From positions 3,348,001-3,412,000 of the forward strand of contig NW_024704760.1 in the NCBI RefSeq assembly GCF_018977255.1: a stretch of 64,000 nucleotides of DNA, in the 5' to 3' direction. Position numbers and translations under genes: made by a program. The notes below the pieces were generated by a model. The model saw nothing but the letters and a program-made list of their open reading frames with translations, had not been told where the DNA came from and made no database searches. The DNA comes from Callorhinchus milii (lineage: Eukaryota). How positions within the stretch are numbered: position 1 is the stretch's first letter; the number at the start of each line of letters is the position of its first letter. This document shows positions 12,138 to 25,300 of this stretch, piece after piece.

Positions 12138-15100
12138 CCTTCTAATAAGCATTCCTGCAATACCCTTCAATAAGTGCCTATTATCTTGTGTACACGCCCT
12201 TCCTGACTGATAAGTTCTGGTTGGAACTGGATCTTTTTACAGCTCTGCTTAAGACTCTCTGTTTTTTTTGTCCCAATCTACAACACCTTCAGTGGCGAAT
12301 GCGATTTACGGCGGATTAAAGATCAGAGATTTCACGGATGTTCAAATGGTCAAAATGTTGTTTATCGGTTTCGGGAATAACTCATGCTTTTATTGCACGC
12401 CTACTGACAGGTGATTGGGAATCTTGTCAGCACCTTTACATTCATTCTGAGAGCCTTAATTACTTTCCATTGCTTCATGTAGGAGTTAAACATTAAAGCT
12501 ATTTATGACAAACTGTTGTATTAGGAATCCATTGAAACCCATTCAGAAGTCCAGACTATTGAGAATGCACGTAAGGGTGTGTAAGGTACAGATACGTTTA
12601 CATTTACCCAGCGCCTTTCAAGTCGGGAGGACGTTCTCAAAGCACTTTCCCTTGTGGTTCTCTTTTCCAAGGGCCCAGAGTGGAATCTCAATTCCCAACC
12701 TCCTGACCCCGAGCCTGAAATAAGCTGCCACATGAAACATATTATGGATCAGACTTATAGAATTATAGCTTCTGCTTGTATCACATCTACATATTATATC
12801 AGCACCACTACAGCAGCTGCAACATTTGGTCACCGTCCAGAACATTTAGATGAAATACAAGAGCTCACATTCTTCTAGGGCAATGCTAATAATAATCCTC
12901 ATGTCGTATAGGAAATGTCACGCCAGGAGAATATCTTAAATGGGCGTTTACCTGCAAAATCAGTCACCACGCTGAATAGCGATTGTCTGGCAAACACTCT
13001 TGAGATCTTGCAACACAATAAGGTGCTATATATATATATATATATATATAAGCACATTTTTTCTTTTCAATGATAAAAGATCACATGTAAAGAAAGCTCT
13101 GTTGCAGAGTCTATTATCAAATGTAACTTGCTTCCTCAACGGACTGCAAACAGATGGTTAGTCAGCATTAGGGTTAGGGTTTAGGATGGGATTGTTAGCT
13201 TTGACTCTTTTTGACTATCTGAGCTTAAGAAACTAAAAGGCCGTGAGTGGAAGCTTAAAGTATGAAAGACACAGTTGCTGACTTTACTCATTAACTGCAC
13301 AGGTGTATCTATAAACTCAGACGAGGTGCTAAACTCTGCTATCAGTTAAAGTTTAAGATTTGCATTTGTCAGCAGAGTGTCACACATGATACCACCGCTT
13401 AATGACAAATTCTCTGCAAACTATTGAGAAACTATTTCCTCGACTGACCCTCGAGGAGACGCACCCTGGAAGGAATTGACGTTTTGAGTCAATAAGGAAA
13501 ACGCATGGAGTAAATGGTGGGAAGTCTTTGGTTTAAAACGGTAGTAAAAACAACTACAAGCACGAAAAGGGGGAAGTAGAGATATTTCAATGTAACTCAT
13601 CTCGTCCTTGTTGTCTGGAGGACAACCGCTATTATTTAATTGCCATAAACTGGTCGATTCGGTGACAGGGATAAGAAAGAATCAAAATCCACCCACCCAC
13701 GTAACTGTACATAAATGCACGGGATATAGCAACTCTCCTCTTAGTCATGGAAACATGTGCTTTCAGCAAGCCCAGGGTCCAGTATTTGCACAGAACTGAG
13801 GTATGCGCTAATGTCAGTCTCTGAGGACGTTTGCGGACAATTATTAACACAAAGTGTTCATTAGCAGTAAAAACCACTAGATTGTCGGATCTGGACTAGT
13901 CCTGGCAGATTGTTTCCAGCTATACTACTACACAGAGCCACCAGACATTCCCTAACCTTAGAACTTGGGCTTTTCTGGCTTTAACCATTAACCCAGCGCC
14001 TTGGGACGTCCTCCTGATGCGAAAGGCGCTATACAAATGCAATGTTGTTGTTGTCTTAAAATTTAAGGCAGTGAGACATTTTGGAACAGTCTTAAATCCA
14101 GCCTTACTTTGGAAATTGAGTTTCCACATTTCCTTTTGGATACTGTAAAAAAAAATCATCTTCCAACTTTCTGTTTTCCAAAACTCCACACAACCTTAAA
14201 ACGTGATGGGTTTAAGCTTAAGAGCACAAAATATTTCAAGCCTCTGGTTTGGTATGTAACACACAACCATCACATGCTTTCGCCCACAAAATATACAATC
14301 AATTCACTTTGCAGTACGTTCTTTGAAGCGCTTTGAGTCGTCTCGAAGACGTGATAAGGCGCTATATCAAATGCAAGGATTTATTATTGTGCTCGGTGAA
14401 AAGAAGCATCGACTGAGTAAGCAGATGTGTATGTGGCATGCGGTTGGGTCAACACAGAGAGAGATGATAAGAGGAACATTAATACCATAATCATTCTGGT
14501 TACATCAGGAGAATGGATTCCTGAACTCAGGAGCCATTAGATAGAGCAGAGTGAGATGTGAGGAATGTGCACTCTCTTTGGGAGAGTGCTGAATTTCCAT
14601 GGCAACTATCAATCGAGAGCAATTTAGCCGAATTCCAATCGACAGAAAAAATTCATATGGGTGGAAATGCAAAGATATCTTTTGGGGGCTGTCGATAATT
14701 GATTTTTTTTAAAAAAAAACAACCAAAGTAAAAAAAAACAATTAATATAAAATATCACGAGACAAGTCATCCAGTGTTTATAATGGTCCACAGAGATACT
14801 GAGGTACATGAAGTATTGATGTTCAGAAAGTTTTTTTTTATTACTTGGCCTGTAACATTCGAGTCGGGTGCAAACCTTTGGAGTAGATTTTTTTTTTTAA
14901 ACGGGTCTTTTCCAAATGTCTGTGTTCTCAATTAATTTGTCTTGTGTTGTCACATGTAATTCCAAAGCGTTTTATTTCCCCAAAGCTTTGCCTGTTACTG
15001 TGTCCTTGATTTTTTTTTTTTTGCATGTCGCTCTGCGCAGATACGTGTTTACAAAATATTGACTTCAGATTAAAGTTTAAACAGGTGTTAGTTAGCAAGT

Positions 15101-15335
15101 GTCCCACGATAACCTTTGGGTCCTCCCATGCCCCTGGGATGCATTCAGGACCAACTCCTCGCGCAAGAACATCATGTGACAGCAACGACTAAATGCTTTG
15201 GAGCGACATTGTTTGTTTCAGGTTTAGCAACCAGCTGAGAGAAAGAGGAAGCAGAGCTGGTTTATATCCAACTCTCACTTCACACAGCGCAGTGGAACGT
15301 CAAATGCACTCTGTGCACCAATTGTCAATCAATGA

Positions 15336-15825
15336 TAAAAATAGAAGTCGCTGAACCGGTTCTGACGAAAAGTCACGAACCTGAAACATTAACTCACTTT
15401 CCTCTCTCCGTAGATGCTGCCCGACCTGCAGAGCGATCCCAGCGACTTCTGTTTTTACATTGTGCAGTCCTGTAGCTCAGTGGTTAGAGCACTCGCTTTG
15501 CAAGTGAGAGACCTGAGTTCAATTCCAGGCAGAGGGCGAAACCTCGGGCAAGTTTCCTTACTCCACACAGAGCCTAATAATAATCCCTCCAAAACCAAAA
15601 ACAATAATAAATTGGTCATCGTCAATCTACGACTGTTTGTGGGACATTGCTGTGCGCAATTGGCTGCCGCGGTCGCCCACAAATATACAGTCAATTCACT
15701 TTACAGTCTATTCTGTGAAGTGCTTTGGGACGTCCTCCCGACGTGAAAAGAGCTATATCAAATGCAAGGATTATTATTATTATTATCATCAGATTTCCAG
15801 CAGCTGCAGTATTTTACCTTTTGTC
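15336..15825. mobile_element. Penelope-like/shark-type repeat fragment split by the 15461 SINE
   Basis: tctgacgaaaagtcacgaacctgaaacattaactc...agatgctgcccgacctgc, resuming as cagatttccagcagctgcagtatttt after the SINE. Related sequence at 51735-51885. Family assignment is from recall only. Confidence 0.45.
15461..15786 (+). mobile_element. Full-length tRNA-Ala-derived SINE, short subfamily
   Basis: Near-identical to the 10954 and 30440 copies; anticodon arm CTCGC-TTTGCAA-GTGAG. Confidence 0.9.
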
Positions 15826-17213
15826 AACCGATAATGACTGACGGTATTGATGTGGAGTTTCGCTCTTTTCAGTTCTAGCGCTGACCTGAACAGAGTTCAA
15901 CAGCAACAACTTGCATTTACATAGCGCCCTTCACGCTTCAGTGGCGGTGACTGAGAACGAGCCAGGGGGAGAGCTCAGAAGTATCAAGGCGACAGATGTG
16001 TCTGCTGTAGACTGGTCGTGCCTGCGTGATGAGTCAGATCTCCATTAGAAGTGACCACAGCAGCACTAAAGGGCAAATACTTCACACTGAGTAGAACATG
16101 AAATTACAAAACAACTGGTTTTTCCAGCCTTCTCCACCCTTTGGGCATCAAACAAGAAGTTAAAGAGCTCGATCTACGTGAAAAAAAATTCCATGACAGT
16201 CCTTCCATTTGCTGATAAAGTCCCTGAAAAAAAAACACATCCCCTTCATCAATGAATAATGCTAAATTTGTGTACATTATTTCACCTCCACTGATTTCTC
16301 ACATTTCTGCAAAGCATCAGCAACCGTGAAACAGGTACACAGCCTATCCCTCTCGTGCAAGGTATTTCCAGCAGGGCGTGACCTGTTACATATCTTGGAA
16401 CCAGTCTTAATGTTTGAACAATTCGAGACTCATAACATTCAATCTCGGTCACGCAGCGATACAGCCATAATCAGCCCAATTCTCTGATGCATTTACTTAT
16501 CTTGGAACTGTCGAATGTTAGTAACAATAATGTACGTGTTAACCGTCCTCTTTTTTTTTTTCTCCACCCCATCACTATCTTATGCGCTGCTATTATGTGA
16601 AGAATAAAGTGGAATTAACCAAAGGTTTTATTACCTGACGAATGCGCCTAAATAATTTGAGATTTTAAAGAAAACAGAGCAAATTGGGATTCCAGACTAA
16701 AGAAATGACTACAGACATAATTGACCAAATCGACTTGTGCTATTGTTCTGGTCTGATCAGAACAGCAAAGACTGATAGGTGGGCAATTGGAGTTGAGGTA
16801 CAGATCAGCCACGATCTAACAGAATGGCGGAACAGGCTCGAGGGTCTGAATGGCCTATCCTTGTTCCTAAATAGAATTAGGATAAGATTGAACTGAATGA
16901 TGCTGTACAATGGGCGAGTCAGTGAGTGTTAATAAAGTGCTGTATCAGACAGACAGGCAACCAGACAGATAAACTTGGGAAGTGAGAATGTAGAAAAATT
17001 TAGAGAAGTGGGATCGAAATATCGGTCATGATCTGCTAACTGCTGAAAGATGTTCAACGGGCTGCATCATCTCCTCTGTTCCTATACATCACCTGGTGGG
17101 TAAATCCACAGGGTGAGAAAGGCAGCAGTATTTATTTGTTTTGCCCTTTATGGAAACCATCCTTCCTAAACGGCAAATAATAAATCACCAACCAGAAATG
17201 ATCATAGAAAAGG

Positions 17214-17219
17214 TTTATT
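17214..17219 (-). terminator. Candidate poly(A) signal (AATAAA) of C1orf116
   Basis: tttatt on the plus strand about 0.9 kb past the stop, at the end of an AT-rich 3'UTR-like tract. Confidence 0.5.
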
Positions 17220-18120
17220 AGTAAATATAATTTAACAAACGGTATACAATGAATATTTTATTTAAAAAAATATGAATACTTGGAAATTTGCGATAAAGAC
17301 ACAAAGTACCTGTTTGGAACGCAAGCAATGGCTGTATATCATTGGATTGTAAATAAAGGGATCATATCAGATTTGTGCCATACATGTGTAGCAAATTGCC
17401 CACTAATGCAGGTGTGAATGAGTCAATCTATTTACAAATATGCAAAATATGTAACTGAAATCTAAGTATGTGTTTTTTTTAATAATAAGGGAAGAAAAAC
17501 TTTATATACAAGTGAAGTGAAGAGGCTATGGCCTGAATTCTGAATAGCATGGGATACCAACATTAATGTTGATGGAAAGTTCCATTCGCTGCATAAAGTA
17601 TGTCACAAGAAGGAGGCAGTGTATAATTACACGGGTATCGTAGTTAAAAAAATACGCTTGCTCTGGCTAAAATGCAATTCTTCCTATTGAGCAGACGCGA
17701 TTTACAGCAGAATATATTGGAAAGAGGGTCTTGTAAGTCATGTTCAGAGCAAAGTCTGCAGTCATAAACAGCCGAGAGGTATGGAATAATTCACGGCAGC
17801 TTGGGTTAGCAAGATGTGCAAGCTGCCAACAAGTCAAAGCTGTAGCAAACCGTATTTAACTAAAGACATGGAATAGTTCTAACGTTTTAAAAACTAACAT
17901 TTCAAACCAAGTTCAAAAGAACCACGACTCAGTTTCAGCACTTAGTGGTTTCTTTGGGTTTATTTCCCCCCCCCCCCCCTCAATGGCTTCTTAAAATATA
18001 GCAGTCAAGCAAATTATGGACCCATTGAGAGTCACTTTGCCACAGTTTATTTCCAGTGGAGCAGCTAACACTTCAAGTCAGTTGATTCCCACATAGTCCT
18101 TGTAAACTCCAATGCGTTAT

Positions 18121-19499
18121 TTACTCTTTCAGGAGGCCGAGTTTCCTCAATGCTTCCGCACGGTCCCTCTTGGTGGGTCCTGGAGGTGTGTTCTGTATGT
18201 TAAGTGCCTTGGGCTGAGGCTTTTGAAATTTGCCCGATATATGATTTATTGTTATTGGGAAGGACCTTCGGTTTGTTTGACCAGATGCTGCTGGTTCCAG
18301 TCTAGCTCCGTGCCTAAGCGACGGATCCGTCTCTGAGCAGATCGATATGGGCCTGGGTCGGAGGTGCAAGCTCATGTCAGGAGAGATAGAGCTGGCGACT
18401 GAAGTGCGAGGAGGGCCGGTCTGATCGGTTGTGCCAATCTGCTTTAAGCCGCTGGGTTTTGAGTTACTGGGCTGCCACGGTGGTGTATTCCTGGTTTGCA
18501 CGGACCCTGGAATGTCAAGCACTGATCTGGAGACCAAGTTAACAGCAGCAAAACCAGATCTCATGCTGGGCTGACTGTCATGAGCTGTGCTAACCCGCTG
18601 GAGACTGCTGGATTTGGTGGGTCCCAATTGCCACTGGGGTGGGGACTTCAGGCTTCTTCCATTTCCGGCAGCTGAAATGTTCAAACCAGAACTCGCGTTG
18701 GGCTGACTGCCGTGAGGTGTGCTGAGCCGCTGGAGACTGCTGGATTTGGTAGGTCCCAATTGCCACGGGTGTGCGGGATTTACGCCTCTTGCAGGCACGC
18801 TCGAGGAGCCATTGCCAACAGGCGCTTTGCCTCCACCAACAACAACCGGGCGCTGTATGCTAAACCTTCTTTCGCCGTGAGGTTCCGGTGAGCGAGTCGT
18901 TGAGACCTTCTGACCGATTGGTGGGGTTTCCATTGACGTCAGGCTACTGTGACCGCTGGGGTACAGCTTCTGTCCGTTCAATCCCAGTTTGTGTATAACC
19001 TCGCTTCTGGGCAGCTGCTGTTCTAGCGAGAACTTTGAGGCAGAACCAACATCAGGCGAATCGTGCTCATTACTAGACAGGGCGACTTTTGGCATGACCT
19101 TCACACTACTCTTTGAGTTCGGATGCGAGCCAGGGAGCGGGTCACCTTGCTTGTTGTAACCGCTTTTGAAGCTGATGTTGGCTGGAAATTTCTTTGGTTT
19201 TGGAGCAGTGGGTGGACCTTGCTTGGCCGTAGACTCCGACTGAGGATGGAATGATATCAGTTGGGACCTTGGCCTGTTATCTCCAGGGACAATAGCGCTC
19301 CTAGAAGGCTCTGATCGGCGGCTGGGTGCCACTGTGTTTGTGTTTTCAGCGGGTTTCGGGATATATTTTGGCAATGTATTCGCCCCGGATTGTGTTCGTC
19401 CTGCGTTTTGAGACGAGGAATCAACTTCGTTGTTGTGTTTGTTGTTGTGCGGCAAAACTACTCTTGGGAGAATCAGCCTTTGGGTATTTCCATTTTGAT
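18121..19499 (-). CDS. C1orf116: C1orf116 terminal coding exon
   Basis: Acceptor tctcctcaacag; contains the 444-aa Pro/Ser-rich ORF ending EALRKLGLLKE*. Confidence 0.9.
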
Positions 19500-22392
19500 C
19501 TGTTGAGGAGACAGAAACAGAAGAGTTAAAGCAATGTTACTTAGCATTTACGGAATCAGAAATACTGAATGCTCGAAATGATGGTTCACTCTTACATTTA
19601 TGTAGGGTCAATTTTACCATTGTAAATTTGTAACAATTCAAACAACAACTTACATTTGTACAGTGCCTTTCACGTCGGGAGGATGTTCCAAGGCGCTGGA
19701 CAGTTAGGGGTTTGGACCCAAGCTGGGGGTTGGGATCGGGAGAGGTGTAGGGCAGGGAGGGTAGGGGTAGAGGGTGACCGATGGCGCGGTCGTAGATGAA
19801 GGTTTTGATACGTGCCTTGAAGGAGTCAAGGGAGGGAACGAGGTGAAGGGACTGTGGGATGAAGTTCCAAAGGGTGGGGGCAGAAAGGCTGAAAGCCTGA
19901 CCCAGAAACACAGTCACTTTTGTTACATCATCCCAACAAGCAGATGCTTACCTGCAGTTCGATTGTCCAATGTCCCAAGATCTGTTCGGGTCAGTTTCAC
20001 CAGCTCCTTCCTACTTTTAGGGGTCTCTTCAACGCTTTTCAAATCCTCAGCAGGAGCCCATTCACTTGGGTCCTCTTCTAGTGACTCAATGGTTTCCTCC
20101 AGAAACATGAGGCATTCCCTCTCTTCAGCCGTGAGAAAGTCGAGACTCTCATTGCTCTGTTGAAAGATAAGAAACCCAAATATTTAATACCAGTCTGCTC
20201 TGGGAAGAGAAAACTAAATGCCCTGAGAACATTTGATACCTGCTCGTCAAGAATCCCAAACAATAAAGACATGATAGAGAATTGGGTGGCGAGCATTGGA
20301 TTTGTAATGTAAGGGTATAAGGTTACTTAGCCCTCAACTTCTACACTGCCTGAAGTTTGCCTACTCTGCCTACCAACTTCAAGGAAAACTGAAAGATCAG
20401 TGTATACTCTACTTTGAATCCGCATTTGGGAATCACTTGTGAGCAACTGGGAGACCAAAAGGTAAAGGTAGGAGATTCATAGCTTTAATGACGTGTTCTA
20501 CCAGTTACCCAGTGATAGGTACAAACAACACAAGCCTCTGACCAAATAAGTCTCAGATGAAATGCAAACGCCCTCAATCTACTCATCGACAGAATCAGAA
20601 ATATGCTGGAAATTTGGTTTCGCCCCTTACAAGTGCAACAGATCATTCCAGGATGTGGATACATCTCTAATGAAAGGGCAGCACAAATCAATGCCTTCTG
20701 TACTGCCGAGCAGGAATGCCGAAGATGAGAAGGTTTCTTTGGAACCCGCCCTTACTATCCCACAAGTTCTCCTTTAGAGTTGAACATTCAGTCCTTCCAG
20801 TTACACTGGTCATTGCTGTGAAGTGGCCCTAGTAATTAGAAAATGGTTTAAACATTTTGTACCACTGCAAAATTGCCATGTAATTACATCAATTAATTTT
20901 TTTTGTGGGTGGGGGAATGTGTGTGTGTCAGCAATCCCAACCCCCAGCTCAGGTTCTGTCCAGTGCCTCCCGAAACAAAAGGCACTATACAAATGTAATA
21001 TTGTTGTTGTTGAGCAACAAAATCCCTGGCTTCTATTATGCACTTTGCTTTTGTAGATTTTTTTAAGACTGACCAGCGTAACAATCAAAAGCTCAAACAA
21101 TTTGCATTATTCAATTTGAATATTTTCAAGTCCAAGTTCTGGACTAAGATTCCAACGTTTTATATATTTTTTAAGAGCGATCAGTTCTGGCATTACTGCA
21201 TCTGGAAACCTGTCACATTCCAACCAAAATTTATTTCGCACTAGATTTTAAATGCCATCATTCCTTTGCAGTGCGCGCCCACTACAGTTTAAAACTGAAA
21301 TAATTCCACTTTTCCATATGCAAAACACGAGACGAAAGTTAATGGCGGCATAAAGTTTAGTTGCAATGGACTGTGACACTGCTTGTTGTGTCACAGTTTC
21401 AATAAAAAGCTTTGAGTTTTTTTTTTAAAAAAAACCTTTCCTTCTTTTCCATGATCTGAGGCACAGCGCTCCATTGTAAGGCTAAGGTCTTATTTACACC
21501 ACACTGTGACTAACGCCCAGGTTACACCTAACAGCTCCCTAAAGCAAAAGGGTGCAACTTAAATAAGTGTAATGCATCTCGCTCAGGTTAATCAACCACA
21601 AAGTGGTACTGATTTCATATTTTATTTTGCAGGTTTTCTCATGAATAACTTTCCACTAGGTTACGGTTTTGCTTATCCTATTTTTTTTTGCCGCATTCAA
21701 AATGATAACAATGATCCTTGCATTTGATATACAGCCTCTTCACATCTTGGAGACATCGCAAAGTGCTTCACTGAACAGACTGTAAAATGTATTTTGTGTA
21801 CAAAAATGCCATCCTCCTTCATCGGTGTAAGCAAAGGAATGGAGAAATCTTGGGGCAAAACCATTATCGTCCATTTAGGGTGAGGTTTGATAAACAAAAA
21901 CTAGTTCAAGCCGAAAGCAAGTGAGAAATCACTTTGCAAATACTTTACTTGGATTTTTTATTATTTTATTGCATCATTTTTGCATTCCCGAAATAGTATT
22001 TCATACGGATCTCAGTTTAACGGAAAAGTATCCAAGTAAAGAATGCATAATAAATAATAATCCCGGCATTTGATATAGCGCCTTATTACATCATTGAGAC
22101 GTCTCCATTACTTTAGAGGATATACTGTACAGTGGATTTACTGTATTTTGTGGGCGAAACTAGCATTATTTAAAGATAAAAAATAACATTGTTAAAATTT
22201 ACTCATTGCAGTGCGAGCATCATCTCAGTGCCTCCACCCGGTGCAAAACCATTAAAAATATGGAGTGCCATTAACTTCCTCGCCACAAACAATTCAATAA
22301 CTTACGATTGTGCTGGCTACGCTACCAGAACTCCCGACACTAGCAACGGAATCCATGGGAGAGACACCAGCCCCCGTGTCACTGATGGGCAT
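18121..22392 (-). CDS. C1orf116: C1orf116 / SARG (specifically androgen-regulated gene protein) ortholog; join(22392..22306,20156..19952,19499..18121), 556 aa
   Basis: Exon 2 encodes SLDFLTAEERECLMFLEETIESLE (human SARG SYDFLSTEEKECLLFLEETIGSLD). The C-terminus RAEALRKLGLLKE* matches the SARG end. Introns are GT-AG with compatible phases (0, 1). Adjacent to YOD1 and PFKFB2 as in human. Confidence 0.9.
19640..19905 (-). mobile_element. L2 LINE 3' fragment in a C1orf116 intron
   Basis: AFSLSAPTLWNFIPQSL...FKARIKTFIYDRA plus the shared stem-loop tail. Confidence 0.8.
19952..20156 (-). CDS. C1orf116: C1orf116 coding exon 2
   Basis: Acceptor ctttcaacag, donor GTAAGC, 205 nt; contains the conserved EERECLMFLEETI motif. 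Confidence 0.9.
22306..22392 (-). CDS. C1orf116: C1orf116 coding exon 1 (MPISDTGAGVSPMDSVASVGSSGSVASTI)
   Basis: ATG at 22392, 87 nt, GTAAGT donor, phase 0. Ser-rich like the human N-terminus. Upstream acceptor (ttgcag) puts the exon start near 22477. Confidence 0.72.
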
Positions 22393-25300
22393 CGCACAAG
22401 GAACGTCTTATCGGGATTAATCAGGATTCAGACGGGATGTTTCTCCAGGATACGTTCAAAAGAAAACTCCAGTCAAACTGCAATCAGAAGGAAAGTGCTC
22501 GATAAATACACAGAGAAAGGACCTTCACTCATTTATACATCCAAACAAGCAATAATGTGCTCTCTCTTGCAATTATTGATCATCCTCCTCTCCCTCGCCC
22601 CAGTAGTCATTCTGTAGTGTATATGCAAAAGTAGGAAGCACTCTGGGACTCTACTCTGTGTAAGGGACACTTCATAAATGCAACTTGTTGTTGTGGTTAG
22701 AGAGTTTCAGCTGGCTATTCAACTGTAGAGAGCATTCATTGTACCTGCGCTGCATCCACAAATACACAGTCAATTCACTTTACAGTGTGTTCTGTGAAGC
22801 GCTTTGGGACGTCCTCCCGACGTGAAAAGCGCTATATCAAATGCAAGGATTATTATTATTATTATCATCCAGCCTCTCACATCTACACTTTCCAATGATC
22901 CCTTTCCGAGCCCAAGGATGCTTCAGCCAATTATCGAAATGCAGGCCAATTACTCCCCCAGCTGAGGTAAACTAACTCAGCACAGGCCAGGGATTAGTCT
23001 GAGCTCTCTGTGGTTTTACTAACTGAGTCATTGAGGGAGTTGCATTTCATATTTATTTTACAAAAGGGAAGGCAGAGGGTTAACAGTGACAGAAGGATAA
23101 CAGCCAACGTAAAGATAACAAAATGACTTATTTGCTGGGCGTTTTTTTTTGACTAAAGCTCCGTTGCCCAAAAGGGGCTCCGAAAGGACAGGATTACACA
23201 AATACATCCCAGAAGTGACCAGTTTTTGTCCAGAAATGACTTGCTTCAGGAATTTGGAAACCCCCAAATTTTAAATTGTGGCAAATTCATAGTGCGGCCA
23301 CTAATTAAACACGAAGCAAACCCAATTCAGCGTCATCCTGATGTGAGCCAACCTTAAGTTAATACCATTTTGCTTTGTGCCAACAGAATGACGCAGATTT
23401 TGTTTTGGTCAGACGGCTGTCTGACACGTGAGGAAACCCATCACCGTGCTAAAGATTATCCAAATCCGACTGAGAATTCCCTGCATCCCACCTACACGTG
23501 GAAGTTCCAGAGAAGATTGTCAGAATGGACCCCGCACACTCTCTCCCTGGAGCCAGGGGGGAAAAGTATTAGGCACAGAATGGCAAGAGCCAAGGCTTGG
23601 GGACCCCAGAGTGTGCGTTGGGGTAACTGCTAACCAGCTAAAATCTAATCAGACTGCTGCATGGGTATCAAGGGATATGGGGCAAGGGCGGGTAATTGGA
23701 GTTCAGGGACAGATCAGCCCTGATCTTATAGAATGGCGGAACAGGCTCGAGGGACTGAACGGCCTACTCTTGTTTGTATGACTGCAATACCAGGTCGAAC
23801 AGCGAGAGTAGCGACCAGTTCACCTCAAGCCCCTCCTCTTCGACCGCACTTTCGATCATCCTCCTTCCCCCACCCCCAGCTCAGATCCGGAACACTGATT
23901 GCCCAGCGCCTTGGGACGTCCTCTCGACGCAAAAGGCGCTATATTATTATTATTTTATTATACTATACAAATGGTATGTTATTAACGGGGAATTCCAGGG
24001 AGCTGCTGATCACGTGTCATCATCGACAGGATCAATACAGAGCAACAGAAGGTCACGTAATTGGTTTGATTTCCACCAAATCATGTGACTGAATTGGTTC
24101 AGACTCTATCTCAAAAACAAGACAAAAAGCTTACCCCATTACATTGCTCATAGGACATAGGGTTCAATGCTCTTTAAACACCCTACCCTCAAAGCCCAGG
24201 TCTAGTCATTTCAGGCAATGCAATGGTTCGGGCTTATTGACAGACTGAATGTTATTTTAAAAAAAGTTTTAATTTGCAAACAACAACATCATTAATTCAA
24301 CATTAATAGGAAATAAGTGAAACTTGGACATTAAAAAAAATTAAGACAGACATCAGAAAAAGTCCCCGACTCTTAAAAGAGAAAATTAAATAATCTTTAA
24401 AGTGACTTTTTTGAAGTGGTGGTCTCTCTGAATTTTACGTTTAGTTAAGCCCCAATGTGTTTATTTTTTTTTGAAGTTGCATTTAAAAGATTTAAAAGAT
24501 TAGAAAAGTCATTTAAAAAAGAGTCTTGTTTCCAGAAAAAAATTGCTGTGTGATTGACATGGGTCAGAATCGAGGAGTTTGAAGGGATATGGGAGAACAC
24601 AGAGGATTGGGGGGGAATTTGTGTGTGTATTTTTTTTGCAATTTCACCCAAAGGGCAAAATTTTCAACAATGAAGACGAGATGTGAATTCACAGCCAAAT
24701 AAGTCACAGAGAGAGAGAGACACGCATCTGGGACATTTAAACCTTTCTTGAAGCAACCAGGCAAACAGGTTATATTCATTGCTGACAGGAGGGTGTGAAA
24801 ACGAGTATTTCACTGACTCTGGGTTAAAGCAAGAAAAGAGATTGATTACCTGTTACGCTCAAACAAGACTGTGGACACACAGAGCTCTCCACTGCATTCA
24901 TTGCTAAACTTTTGAAGGTTAATCCCAATCAAAACACAACCCAAAGGGTATTGTCTGTGTTCAGAGAGATCCCACGATCTATGTAGTACCACCCAACCCT
25001 CCTCTGGCTTCCAACCAATACATCCAACTATATATACATATATATATAATAATCCTTGCATTTGATATAGCGCTTTTCACATCGGGAGGACGTCCCAAAG
25101 CGCTTCACAGAATACACTGTAAAGTGAATTGACTGTATATTTGTGGGCGAGAGAGAGAGATTTATATAATAATATTTATATAGTAATATAGTAATATTTA
25201 TATATAGAGAGAAAACAATCCACAAAAACAAAGTGCAGCAAATGTACTCACCTGTGGAGCAGGGGAAATGATTAATCCAATCAATTAAAGGGTCAAAAAT

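Noticed and set aside
13632-13877. CKYW motif as a possible PIGR/CD300-type Ig exon
   Set aside because: Lacks KYWC and the downstream DxGxYxC of V-set domains.
15461-15535. tRNA-Ala gene-like sequences (also 10954, 30440, 53130, 61246)
   Set aside because: No proper acceptor stem, and each continues into a SINE body and tail; these are SINE heads.
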